NCBI GenBank assembly: GCA_012295275.1 | Contig: CM022678.1 | Location: 2,480,001 to 2,544,000, forward strand | Length of the DNA: 64,000 nt | Source: Chrysomallon squamiferum | Taxonomy: Eukaryota; Animalia; Mollusca | Direction of reading: 5' to 3' | Shown here: positions 29,284-43,094 of the stretch, piece after piece | Position numbering within the stretch: position 1 is the first letter of the stretch | Layout: every line of letters begins with the position of its first letter | Made by a program: the position numbers and the translations under genes | Notes under the pieces: generated by a model | What the model was told of the DNA's origin: nothing | What the model saw: only the letters and a program-made list of their open reading frames with translations | The model's database searches: none

Positions 29284-30071
29284 TACTACTATTTTATTGC
29301 TAACATTTTTAATAAGTTATAATCATCTTCACTACTACTATCACTATACTACTAACTGCACAACTTCTACTACTACTACTACTACTACTACTATTACTAT
29401 ATAATTATTAACACTGCAACATCTACTACTATTAGCACTGTGCATCGCTATTACTAATGATACTGGTACTACTACTGCTATTACTACGACTACTGTTGCT
29501 GCTACTACCACAACTATTATTATTAAATAATTAATCTGTTTGAGTCTAATTAAATAGTTTTTTATTTATTCCTTCTTGAATGTTGATTAAAATAAGATTT
29601 TTCCAATTAATTTATTTTATTTTTTGTTTGTTTTCCATTCATTAATTCTATTGTATTTCATTTTAGCTTAGTAAAAAAAAAAAAATAAATCACTAGAATT
29701 TGCTGTTTTCTTTGTATTATGTTCTGATTAATTATTTGTAATAATAATTACCGTTAACCAAAATATTTTACATTTACTTATTTATTTATTTATTTATTTA
29801 CTCACATACTTACTAATTTATTTGCTTACTTATTTACTTTTATCTTATTTTATTCAATTTTATTTAATCGATTTAATATAATTTAATTTAATTTAATTTA
29901 ATTTGCTTTATTATATTTTATTTATTATTATTCAATTTATCATACTTTACTTTATTAAGTATTTTATTTCATTTTATTATATAAATATGAGATAGTTACT
30001 AACATACTTAGGGAGGTAGATGCATTTATAAATATTTATATAACGTTTGTAATTGTTCGTTAATTCAATAA

Positions 30072-30153
30072 TTACGTCACAGTAGAAATTGTAAACACAA
30101 CAACTAAGAAAGAGCTTTACGTAATACGTAACGAAGTCAATTTCGTGACGTCA
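30072..30153 (+). promoter_or_regulatory. CRE/bZIP-site module upstream of the IAP copy 3 coding exon
   Basis: TTACGTCA 30072, TTACGTAA/TACGTAA about 30117-30131, TGACGTCA 30146. The motifs are kept while spacer bases differ from copy 1. Confidence 0.55.
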
Positions 30154-30460
30154 CGATTTTGTTTTAATGTTCATTTTAATTTTATTATTAGCTTTTTGAA
30201 CCCAAAATGCAATTTATTATCTATATAACAGGTACTAAATATAGCTACAAAACAATTAATAATTATCTTATTACCCATAGAGATATGCATACGTACGTAC
30301 CTATTTATCTACTTATTGATTCATACGTGCATACTCAAAGGCACACACGCGCTATGTAATATATAATACGTAGAGTTTCTGTTAGGATGTTTTTAAAGAT
30401 TCATTCATTTATAATCATAAATTCGAGAAATACTTTTTTGTTTCTTTATTTATGTATTTA

Positions 30461-30515
<55 letters not shown>

Positions 30516-30573
30516 TTTATTTTTATTTTTATTATTTTCAGTTTCAGGAATTAAGACGAAACAAAAACACCTA

Positions 30574-31573
30574 ATGGCAGAAATGAGTGATCTCTCTTCT
30601 GCTTCAATAAATGACGTCACAGAAGCAGACAAAATAAAAAGGCGGTATGCTACATACAGAGGTTGGAATCAGAAAGAACTTGCTCTCAAGCTAGCTATAG
30701 CCGGATTTCTGTATACTGGTATCGGTGACAAAGTGAAATGTGAAACTTGTGGCGTGCAAGTAGACAACTGGTTGCCGTCATACGACGTCATTGAAACACA
30801 TCGCAAACACTCCCCGAACTGCTCTTATATTAATAAGTGGTTTGGCGGGGAAAACCAGACGACATCTGAAGCTGGTAGAAGCGAAGCTGAGTCAACAGTT
30901 CCCCCGAAATACCCGTCATACGAGAACTACCAGACCAGGCTAGACAGTTACTTTGGGTGGCCTCTAAAATACGCACACCAAAGTCCACCGTCCATGGCGG
31001 CAGAGGGTTTTTTCTACTTGGGATCTGCGGACAGAGCAAGATGTTTCCAGTGTGGTGTCACTCTACGAGACTGGGACGAGGATGATTTTCCACTGGAAGC
31101 CCACGTCACGTGGTCTCCCGACTGCCAGTTTGCTCGACAAAGACAACAACAATCCAGACGCGGAGTGACATCAAATAGCGACGAGAGAAACACAGAAAGC
31201 AACACAATGTCTATCCCAACTGAGGAGAACAAAATCAAAGAACAACAATCTGAAAGGAAAACTGAAAATACCTTTGATGCGCTATGTAATGGAGGAAATA
31301 CGAACACAAACCAATCCTGTATGGAAGTTAGACGCGACACCGGTGTAACTAATAACGAAACACACACAGAAGGCGCAGTCGGGGGCGTAGGTAACGATGA
31401 TGACGTCATGTCGGGCGTGCGCAGTACGATGATAGACGCTGTGTTAGAGTTTGGATGCAGTATAGAAAGGTGTAAGGAAGGCAATTCAGCTGGAGAGACA
31501 GAGAAACGGGAGAGATTTTCCTGATGCACAATCACTGTTTACAGCCGTTCTAGACATTGAGGAATCAGATTAA
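30574..31573 (+). CDS. Inhibitor of apoptosis protein copy 3: BIR-BIR with UBA frameshifted (316 aa, stop at 31524)
   Basis: Both BIRs are intact. An extra G at about 31469 (gaaaggtgta vs gaaagtgta) shifts frame inside the UBA; the original frame continues to ...VLDIEESD* at 31573. Could be a pseudogene or a base-calling error. Confidence 0.85.
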
Positions 31574-32118
31574 ATGTAAAATTATTTTTAATTATTATTA
31601 TTATTATTATTATCTAATGATTATTATTTTTTTTTTTTTTTTTTTTTTTTTTTATATTTTTTTTTTTTTTTTTTTTTTGCTTGGTTGTTGTATTATTTAA
31701 TTATAAATTGAAATGTACAATAATCCCTGAAAAACTGAGTATACGGCAACCGTACTATCAAAAATTGAATAATAAAAGAATTTATTTTTTTAAAACAGAT
31801 CGTATTTTGTCGTGTTGACAGTTACACAGATAATCAAGTTTTACCGCAGGTTACTAATTTTTATCAGCAGAAAGAAATCTTTTATCTTTAGAAAAACTGA
31901 AACTTGCCTGCCATCACTTTTCACCCGTTCATTTCCTGGAACTAGAAATTTGAGAATTGGACCTCGGAGAAGGATCGATCCTGTGTGTGTCCGCATGTCA
32001 GTCGAGACACCTAAAACTGATCTGCAGTCAGCACAGAAGTGTAGATAAATAATAAATTGTTTAAACATGTTTATATTTTTATATCATCCCACAGTTACCA
32101 TCACCAGAAACAGTATCG

Positions 32119-32205
<87 letters not shown>

Positions 32206-32458
32206 ATAATAATAATAATTATAAGACGTAATATTTGTTTAACACCTCAAATAAACATGCCTTTAATTGGATTTTATTAATTTTCTTTTTGAAATATGTG
32301 CCATATTTTCTATTTTCTATTACAAATAAGAAGTAGACAGTCCAGTAAAAGTGACTAAATGTATACACAATGTGAAGGGAGATAACTATTTCATGTTTAA
32401 ATACTGCCATAGACAGAGAGATAACTGTCTTTTCTCTTTTGTCTTTTTCTTTATTTAC

Positions 32459-32530
<72 letters not shown>

Positions 32531-32549
32531 TTATTTTTTTTTTTTTTTT

Positions 32550-33970
32550 TTACATTAAGCTAGATATCAGTTTCAAAGTGTCAGAGATTAACATTTTGTT
32601 CACACAGAAAAATCTAGAAACGCTCTCCTCATACACTGGCAACAACGGCTTCGACACATCAACGTCGTGGATGGAGTAAATCCGTTTGCTGTCTTTGACG
32701 TCAATGACGTGTAAAGTTTTGGTTCTAGTGTCCAGCAACCAGCCTAGTGTTAGGACTTAGTACACAGTTGTCACTGTAACCAGTGACAAGACTTTGATGC
32801 ACAGGCTCTGTACGAGAATAAACCGTCACATAAAAACTGTTGTCTGTGTTTATCAACACTTGGACACACCAGGCGTGTTCATTTTTGCTAATACGCCTAC
32901 CAGAATAGAAATCTTCACGACTGTCTCTAGCACACAGACCAAGTTCTACTATTTGACGTCGCTGTAGTCTTCGTTCCTGTGTCGTCTTATACTTTATCTA
33001 TAGCTGTAGCATGACACAGTCTCTGTGTACTTCTGTCATCACACACTGTGTCTCGTAGTGTGTTGGTGTGTCAGTATTCAGAGACGCTGTAAACCGGTAA
33101 CTTAGTGAAAGGTCCAATTCAGGTACTACAAATAAATAAACAAATAAATAAATAAATAAATAAATAAATGAAGTACAGCGCAATAAAACAAAATAATAAA
33201 AGAACAGAAAATAGAAAAGAAACAAAACGAAATGAATAAGTAAATAAAATAATGAATAAATAAAAAAATTAAAAACCAAACAAAACAGTGTACATGTTAA
33301 TAATATTTTTCATGTGCTGTTTGCATTATGCACGTGTGATTAGATTGTGAACCTGGATGATATTCGGGAACGCACTGACGCAGGAGTACAAAGTCCAGTT
33401 ACGACCTCACAAACGTCGGAAGTCACCCATGTATAACAGACAGATAAACAGAGAGACAGACAGTTTAACATCAGTCATGATTTCTGCCATTTGCTGACAA
33501 AAAACTATTACTAATTGCAGGAGAACAACAACAAACAAACAAACAAAACAAAAACAACAACAAACACAGTTAAATAAAATATGAATATACGTATGTAAGT
33601 CTGTGAGTGTGTGTGTTTGTGACACCACTGTGCTAGGTTACTGAAGTTTTAGATTAGAAACTTTGTATAAAAATTGCTTACACAAAACTTTGTCCAAACG
33701 TCCTTGTTGATCTTCAAACAGAATCTTTCTCGTCTTCTTAGTGTCTGATACTACAAGTATATACAACAAATAATCAACACACAACGTGTTTAATAACATG
33801 ACAAATGTCCAACGCAGACAGATATTTTCATGTATAAATAATGGAAACAATAAGATGAAGTACTTTGTATTATACAAACAGAAAATTTGCATTATCTTCT
33901 TTCCTCTCTCTCTCTCACTCTCTCTTCTCACACACACACACACACACACACACTGGATCACATATCAAGA
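32550..33970 (-). pseudogene. TRIM copy 3 remnant: SPRY-like exon and 69-bp exon only; RING/B-box/coiled-coil exon deleted
   Basis: 32550-33125 is homologous to 22997-23607, with a stop at about 32998 and a 1-bp insertion at about 32759. The small exon is at about 33682-33750. At about 33970 intron sequence joins directly to promoter sequence. Confidence 0.85.
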
Positions 33971-34125
33971 TATCTGTGATATCTTATTTCCAGGAAAAAC
34001 TGTGATTCAGCTGTTTTGTGATCTACTTCCTTTTCTCATAGAACTCGTCACAAACTAAACATATTTAGTAACAATACGAACCTTTATTTTACACGAATGT
34101 AGCAGTACTGAATGAGAATAAAAAA

Positions 34126-34173
<48 letters not shown>

Positions 34174-34229
34174 AACAATACTAATGTAACATATAAAAAA
34201 AACAAATTCAGCATTGCCTCTCAAACTGA

Positions 34230-34660
34230 CACGAGTGTGATGAAACAAGTAATAAAAAAGGAACTGAAATAAATATAATTAATAGTAAAACTCCTCTTTT
34301 TTATCCTTAATCTATAACAAACTAGAAATACCATTATATTTACTAAAACAAGGAGCTGATCCTAATTTAATAGACAGTGGTAAGAATTCTGTTTTACACC
34401 AAGCAGCTAGAAATTGCGACAGCACTGATTTAAAAAGACGTTGGTGTAAATATTAAAAACAGCTGAGGTGAATCTCCTAAGTTTAATATAAACATTACAA
34501 GGTAATTTTATGTTTACTGGAATACGGAGATGATCCTAATATAACACACAACAATAACAGTGTTGTTTTATATCTAGCAGCTCATTCTGGAAACTTAAAA
34601 CTGAGAGCTTTGGTTAACAAAGTGTTTGATTTAAATATGATTAATTCCAGTGCTTAATCT
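34230..34660 (+). pseudogene. Decayed ankyrin-repeat coding fragment
   Basis: Manual translation gives LEIPLYLLKQGADPNLIDSGKNSVLHQAARNC and LLEYGDDPNITHNNNSVVLYLAAHSGNLKLRALVNKVFDLN, interrupted by frameshifts and stops. Confidence 0.7.
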
Positions 34661-34854
34661 TCGTTTGTAACCTTTGAATAATTGATTAACATTTTTCTTA
34701 AAAATTATTCTGAAGAATGTATTGGACTTTAAACTGCACTGAATGACTGTGTTGTATAAGTGTGTTGTTTGTTTAGCTTCTCAAGATGTTTCCTTGCAGA
34801 AAATATTTTATTATTGAAACTTGGTTGTTGTTGTTGTTCTTCTTCTTCTTCTTC

Positions 34855-34892
<38 letters not shown>

Positions 34893-34896
<4 letters not shown>

Positions 34897-35352
34897 TCAA
34901 ATAATGTAGAATGTGAATTTAGTAGATGTGAGGTAGTTTGTTTAATTACATTCGAAAGATTTTTCTTATGAATCAGAGAAAGACGTAAATTTAAAAAGTT
35001 TATTTCATTTCTGTTTTCATTCTAAACACGATATTATTATCTGTTATAATCGTTTTGTAGTCCAACCAGTTGTCCCGCTCTATTGCTTTCTGACTTCGTA
35101 TTGAAACCAGTTTTCAGAATAATGACATACCTAGAAATTCAGTGACGTCACAGGGTAACCAAAATAATAGACTTGTCTTGAAATAAACGGGTGACCTAGA
35201 ACGAACTGCAGCTAGAAGTACATGGACAAGTTAAAACATGAGATATCTGCGTGTTAATCTTGTGACATTTATTCACATTAGAGGTAAAAAAAATTGTAAC
35301 ACGACATAAAACAATAAAATGAAATGAAATGAAATGAAATAAAATAAAATTA

Positions 35353-35388
<36 letters not shown>

Positions 35389-35644
35389 TGTACGTGTGTG
35401 TGTGTTAAGTTATATACAAAAGGTTATTTGATTTAAAGTGAAATAAAATTCTTTAAAAATGAAGAAGAACAACTTTGAATTAGATTATCTTAATATATAT
35501 CTTGAATATGTTATTTTAACTGTCGTAAACACATTTTTATTCTAAAACCTTTCATTCCTCTTCACATTATTTTATTTTATTTTATTTTTATCTCATTTTT
35601 ATTGTTTTATGTTCTTTTACTATTTGTTTTTTATCCCTGTAATG

Positions 35645-35699
<55 letters not shown>

Positions 35700-35728
35700 A
35701 TCAGCTATATTTTTATATATAATTTAAG

Positions 35729-35761
<33 letters not shown>

Positions 35762-36130
35762 ATTGTGAGTAACACGCAGATCTCTCATGTTTAAACTTGT
35801 TTGTGTACTTCCAACTGCAGTTCGTTCTAGGTCTCCCGTTTATTTCAATACAGTGTGTTACTCTGGTTACCCTGTGACGTCACTGAATGTTCTAATATAT
35901 CACGTTTCTGAAAACTGGTTTCAATACGAAGTCAGAAAGCAATAGAGCGGGACAACTGATTTAACTACACCAACGATTATAACAGATAATATTATCGTGC
36001 TTCGAATGAAAACAGAAATAAAATAAACATTTTAGATTTACTTCTTTCTCTCATTCATCAGAATCTTTCGAAGGTAATTAAACAAACTACCTCGCATCTA
36101 CTAAGTTCATATCCTACATTATTTGATAAT
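34893..36130. repeat. Fold-back structure: about 365-bp imperfect inverted arms around an about 510-bp AT/microsatellite spacer
   Basis: 34893-35257 is the reverse complement of about 35768-36130. A further direct copy lies at about 37040-37525, with partial copies at 36370-36450 and 36925-37040. Confidence 0.8.
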
Positions 36131-36755
36131 AAATAAATAAGTGTGTGTGTGTGTGTTTATCTTAAATTATATATAAAAGGAAAGTTGATATTTAGTGTAA
36201 AAAAAATCTCTATAAATCTCTAAAAACAGCTTCAAGGCAATTGCAGATATAAATATTATAATTGAGTACATGTGAATCGCTTCTGTTTATAATTTTATGT
36301 GACGATTATATAAAATATTTTATCATAAATTCCGGGACGATTCCATTGCATACAAACATTTTATACTTCTCAGACTGTCACAAGGTAACCAGAGAAACAC
36401 TGTATTGAAATAAACGAGTGACCTAGAACGAACTGCGCTCAGAAGTTCATACACAAGTGCATACAAGTGTATGCATACAAGTGTGTGTGTGTGTGAGTGT
36501 ATATACATACCTAACGTATCTGTCATCTGAGTGAATATGTGTATGTATGTATGTTTGTATGTATGTATGTATGTATGCAGTATGTATGTATGTATGTATG
36601 TATGTATATATGTATATATGTGTGTGTGTCTGTCTCTGTTCTTTATATATGTACGTATCTGTGTGTATATCAGTATATGTATGCATAAGTCTGTGTGTGT
36701 GCGTGTGTGTCTGTGTGTGTATTAATATATGTATCTGTCTGTCTGTGTGTCTGTA

Positions 36756-36789
<34 letters not shown>

Positions 36790-37133
36790 AATATATGTAT
36801 CTGTCTGTCTGTGTGTTTGTATTTGTGTGTGTGCGTTTTCTGTCGACAGTGGATTTCACGGATCTAGTATTGCACTGAATGATTGTGTTATTTATTTCTT
36901 TATTTACTTATTTATTTATTTTTATTATTATCAAAAAAATGTAGGCTGTGAATTTAGAAGATGTAAGGTAGTTTGTTTAATTACTTATGAATGAGAGAAA
37001 GAAGAAAATTTAAAATCTTTATCTCATTTCTGTTTTCATAGCTTCTCAAGATGTTTCTTTGCAGAAAATATTTTATTATTGAAACTTGGTTGTTGTTGTT
37101 GTTCCTCTTCTTCTTCTTCTTCTTCTTCTTATT

Positions 37134-37164
<31 letters not shown>

Positions 37165-40100
37165 TTATTATTATTATTTTATTATTATCAAATAATGTAG
37201 AATATGAATTTAGTAGATGTGAGGTAGTTTGTTTAATTATATTCGAAAGATTTTTCTTATGAATCACAGAAAGACGTAAATTTAAAATGTTTATTTCATT
37301 TCTGTCTTCATTCTAAACACGATATTATTATCTGTTATAATCGTTGGTGTAGTCCAACCCGCTGTCACGCTCTATTGCTTTCTGTCTTCGTATTGAAACC
37401 CGTTTTCAGAAACATGATCTATTAGAACATTCAGTCACAGAGTAACAACAGTAACACACCGTATTGAAATATTTCATAGAGATATTAGAAGTACTTGAGA
37501 TATCTGCGTGTTAGTCTTGTGATATTTTGTATCTTTAGAAATTCAAGTCACAAACCAAGTAAGCAGTGTCATGATCATCTTGTCATTTGACGACAACGTT
37601 CAGGTTTTACTTGGATTCGTTCTACAGGTAAGGAAAATTTTAAACTATATATTTTTTTTAACAGTGACTTTTGATTGTTTATTTAAAATTTAAAGTTCAA
37701 AGTTTCAAAACATGTAGACACTGATTTAAAAGTATTTTCTGTAGAGAACGTTTAATCAGCCTTAATAACAAAGGTTAATTTCATATGTATTCGTTTGGTG
37801 GAATTATGACTTAATATTGAAATGTAGTGTAGAATGGTTAAGGAGATTTCTTTCTAAACAACAACAGTAAATCAGTCAATAAATAATAATAAAATCAAAT
37901 TGTTGACGAAAAAATGCGAAAAAAAAATAAATACAACAGAACAATGTATTCAGAGATAGTGATGGAATACTGAATAAAAAAACCCCAACTAATCATCTTT
38001 TTTAATATCATAAAATCATAAATTGATCAGTTTTAAAATATATTATTTTTTCTTGTTGATAAACTCCATAGAGAAAGCTTCACCATTGGTCAGATGATAG
38101 GTAACTGTTGTTGCAGTCATACGACAGACGTCCCATAACGCAAGTCACGGTTGAGCGCGCATTACTAATCACCTGCCGTTTACCTTGAATCATACCTGTA
38201 GGAAATAATGGAATAGTCTGATACAAGTAAATACAGAACACACAGAGCAAAATTATATAAATAGTTAGATCTATTTATTGATTTTAACATGTCCGTTTGA
38301 TGCATTTTCATCCTAATTTAAAAAAGATGCCCAACGAGAACTGGAAGGGTGGTTTCTGGCCAAGTGTTAGCTGTGCCTTCAGTCCTACGAGTCCATTTTC
38401 TATCTGTTTGTAAACTCTCTGTCTGTCTCGATTTAGCACGTTCTGAAGTTTCTGTTCCCTTAATCAAGTCTGTAATCAAGTGTATATATTTGGATGGTGA
38501 AGTTGAACTGACCGGTTCATTCTGGAATGAAAACCCTGCAGATTACTGGTTGGTCTGGGGTCAGGGGTCAGATGATGGTTCCACAAAAATCAAAGGAAAT
38601 CTGGTGTCATCGTCTGCCCGTGTAGCATATAATCACTTAGTAAATATTCCAAATTTACTCAATTCCCTCGTGTACGACAATGTTTCGAAAATAAGCAAGA
38701 AACAAAAGAAACAAAAAAATAATAATTTTCCTCTCTATTAGTGCGCGATAAATTCAAGCTGATTTTATTGAATGTAGGACATAAGTCTTAAGAGGATAAC
38801 CCTCCTCCCTGTGCTAAAATGCTTAGGCAGATAAAAGCTCTCCAGTGGATTTTGTAAGGAACGACAAATATCTCATGAAAAGCAGCTTTTCAAACAACCA
38901 CTTTTTTAATTTTTTATTATTATTATTTTTTTCTCCTGCAGTTAATTCTTAAAAACATGCCCCATTTATAGCTCTGTATATTTAACTGGTGTCTTTGTTA
39001 TTATATGTACACTAGAAATTGTGTGAGTGAAATTTGTCCTCGTAGCAAAAATTACATAATATTATACGAGTTGAGAGACTGGATCCTTAACATGAGGAAG
39101 ACCAGGTCTGGTTCTCTATGTTTTATATTCTTGGACGTTGGTTTAAATTTAACAATATGTAAGCAGAGTGAAAAGGACATAAAGTTTAACATCAGAAACA
39201 CAAAAACTAAAGATACAGAAAGAAAATCACATAACAAACGTCATTAAATAAACAATGAGCTCATATAATCTATAATTGTAGTTCAGAGGTGTCTGTGCAT
39301 GTTGCAATGACCCTCTGGAAACACCGGTAATTTAGAAATTTGTCTCTTCTACATGGCTCTTCAAATGCAGCATGAATTTCACATTTCAATAGTTTATTTA
39401 CATTACACAGCTTATTTTATTTTTATAATGTTCTAACTGTCAAAATAGATTTCATTACTAAACTCCGGAGAATAATTCCTGAATTAAAGACAGTATTGAA
39501 AACTCTATTTATAACTCTGTAGAAATTCATGTTTTGCCAAAAACAAATTTTAAAATGTATTCAACATTGATAATGAAACCATTAGTTTCTGGACAGTAGA
39601 AAACGCCTGAAAGACTGAGTCCACTTCCAAGTACTAACGGAAAATGCACAATGTTACAGTTATATATATATATATATATTTTTTTTTTTTGGTCTCTCTC
39701 TCTGCTATCGTATAATAAATTATTTCTAAAATTATATCGAAATCCGTGCGGTAACAAATTTTCTAAGCTATGCTATGTCACCTGTATGATAACGATTAGT
39801 TTCTGGACAGTAGAAAACGCATGAAAGACTGAGCTACTTCCAAGTCATATCGGAAAGTGCTCAATTTTCTAATCATAAAGGTTTTTTGTCTCACTGCAAT
39901 CGTATCGTAAATTATTTCAAAAATTAAATCCGTGTGGTGGGTGTCAAGTGACAAAATCATTTCAAATTTTCTGATCTATGCTATGTCACCTGTATGAAAA
40001 TTATGTGGGTTAATTTTAAATTTACTCATTTACTAAACCTGGTTATACCCAGTTTACTGAACCGAATAAGTAATTGTATAAATCCCACGATTTTGATAAT

Positions 40101-41845
40101 AGACAATCATATAAAAATTTAAACACTGATATAATTTGTTTTCCTTTTATTTATTTATTTTTTTTTATTTATTTTTTTTTTTTTTTTTTTTTTTTTTTTA
40201 TTATTATTATTAGTTTTGTTTTTTGTGGGTTTTTTGTTTGAGTCTGGGAATGTTTACACTCTGTATCGGAGGCTTTTGTGCTACCTTGCAAACAAGTTAT
40301 ATTCAATTTATCTGTTATATGTATTTATTTGTTTGTTTGGTTATTGGATCAAATGAAAAAAGCACAACTATTGGATGTGCTGTCTAAATAAAACCACTGA
40401 TGATGAAAGAGATGTTAGTAAAAATAATAATCCATACTTTGTTCAGTTATCTTATCAAATAGCCGATGTAGGAATAAAATGTGTACGGAATAACTGATTA
40501 TTTAAAAATACCAAACAGAAATTAACTGATATCGTCAAACATTGATGTTGATGTAACTCAATCCATTCAGAAAGTCGCAAGAATTGTAAATAATTACGAT
40601 AAGCCAAACGAAATATGGATGTATAAAATGAATTTTAATAGCAAGAATAAGCGCGCGCGCGCGCGTGTGTGTGTGTGTTGTAAATCTATTAGCCATGACA
40701 TAACATAGTGAAGTTGTAATAATTAACATTCAGTCACTTTTAAGGAAAACCCTAATATACAGTGTATGCCTGAGCAAGTATTCAGATTAGTTTGACAGGT
40801 GTGCTACGTTTAGAATTCGAGTCACAAAGAAAAACTACCTTGACACATGAAGATGATCACAAACCCAGTACGCGGTGTCGTGATCATCTTGTCATTTGAC
40901 GACAACGTTCAGATTTTACTTGGATTTGTTCTACAGTTTATTTATTTATTTGTATTTATTTGTTTTCTCTCTCTCTCTCTGCTGCCGTGTAATAAATTAT
41001 TTATAAAATTATATCGATTGTCGGTGCGATCTGTTTTTAATGTAACAAAATCATTTAAAATTTTCTCAACTATGCTATGTCACCTATATAACGATTAGTT
41101 TCTGGACAGTCGAAAACGCCTGAAAGACTGAGTCCACTTCCAAGTACTAACGGAAAGTGCGCAATGTTACACTTATAAAGTATGTTTTTGGGGTTGTTTT
41201 TTTTACTCTCTCTCTGTCTCTCTGTCTCTCTGCTACCGTGTAATAAATTATTTCTAAAATTATGTCGAAATCGGTGCGATTTGTTTTTATGTTCTGTCAC
41301 CTGTATTAACGAATTAATTGGTTTTAAGATCGTTATAGTTTTCGTTCATCTCGCTTATAAATAACGCATAATCATAATCAGGTAAAAACTACATCAACAA
41401 CAACAACAACAACAATAATAATAATCATATTAATAATAATAATAATAACGATGATGATAATAATCACAATAATAATAAAATACAAATATACTCACAGAAA
41501 ATGCAACGTCATCTTATAAATTTGGAAACCCAGTACTGATTAACTTCGCCATGTTGTATGAATCCTTTAAGCGCATGCGCATTTAGTGACTTAGAAGCAA
41601 ATGCCGGTAGTGTTCTTTGTTTTGTTTTTTGGGGACCTGCTACGCTCCCAGACGGTAAACAAGGAAACTGTTACCAAATAAATCATTATGTGATTATAGG
41701 TAATATGATTTAGATTTGTGCTAAAGTATAAGGAGACAAGTGCGTGATACTCTGACCTCATGAGTTATTGTACGATCATCCAGAGTATGTACTATTAATA
41801 GCACAGTATAAATGGCTATATACACAGAAACATAGAGACAAACAA

Positions 41846-41922
<77 letters not shown>

Positions 41923-41994
41923 ACACACATACACAAAGCTGAATTTATTGAAGTTCTATGAAAGTAGTGGTTATTGAAGTAGAATGAAAGAAGT

Positions 41995-42208
41995 GTTGCC
42001 ACAGGATACTCATCCTTGGATCCTTTCTGTGCACTTCGCGCAGCTGGCTGAGTACGGAAAATGTCACTCCTCCTGTAAAACTGCTCCACCTTTAGGACAG
42101 TCTGTGATGACAGAGCATCTTTTCTTTCTTTTTTTCGGGTAAAAGTCATCAAATTCTTTCCTTTTTGTGCCTTCTGGAGAACTTTATAGTTCATTCGTAA
42201 AAGTTTTC

Positions 42209-42242
<34 letters not shown>

Positions 42243-42745
42243 TCCGAGATGTTTCTCTTCTATTTTCTCGTTCTGTGTGACTGTTTCCCCTCATTTGGAG
42301 TGTGGATGTTTGTGTGTCTGTCTGTGTGCTTGTATTCTAATCTGTTTATATGCACAGTAAAGATAACAAAATACTTCTTACCCAGTCAGCAGTGTCTGTG
42401 TAAAACTGATATAAACAATTTTATTAGACCAGTCATTTTATTTGTAACATGAGAGTGAAGATGTCAGTAAAACCACACACACACACACAAACACACATAC
42501 ACGCACACACACATACACGCACACACACACACACACAATAACATACATCAACCTTACTCTGCGAAGTTCAGAACAAAACTGATATCTTAAGGCAACAATC
42601 GGTTATTTCTCTTTTTTTTTTCTTTTCTGTCGTAATCCTAAGAAATAAAAATGTAATTATCTGTTTTCTTTCTCAACTCACCGCAGTCCGGAGGAACGCC
42701 TTCACCTATTTTGATTTTGTTGTCTCTATGAAGATCCACATTTTA
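41995..42745 (-). mobile_element. Internally deleted copy of the Sola2-like transposon (transposase N-terminal part plus upstream region)
   Basis: RKKERKDALSSQTVLKVEQFYRRSDIFRTQPAARSAQKGSKDEYPVA is near-identical to the copies at 51-52 kb and 56 kb. Confidence 0.7.
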
Positions 42746-43061
42746 GGGTTGAGTGTCAAACTTCATTCCATTACTGTCATTGTTATAATTATTATTATTA
42801 TTATATTTTTGTTGTTGTTGTTGTTGTTGTTGTTGATGTTATTTCTTTTGTTACTGTATATAATACATGTATAGATATATAGATAGATCGCACGTTAATC
42901 ATGTTGATGGTTGAGTTGTTAACAAGGAGAATTTGAAACCTGTGTAGTAAACACTCATTGTTAGAGAATAGAAAAATGTCGTTACACGGGTATTGAAGAT
43001 AATATTACTGATACTACCTGGTTTTGGCTCTTTTCAATTCTTTATTGTTGTTGTTATCGTT

Positions 43062-43094
<33 letters not shown>

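Noticed and set aside
39580-41310. Three copies of an about 150-200-bp unit (ttagtttctggacagtagaaaacgcctgaaagactgag)
   Set aside because: Real local duplication, but with no coding, terminal-repeat or structural signal to support a functional call.
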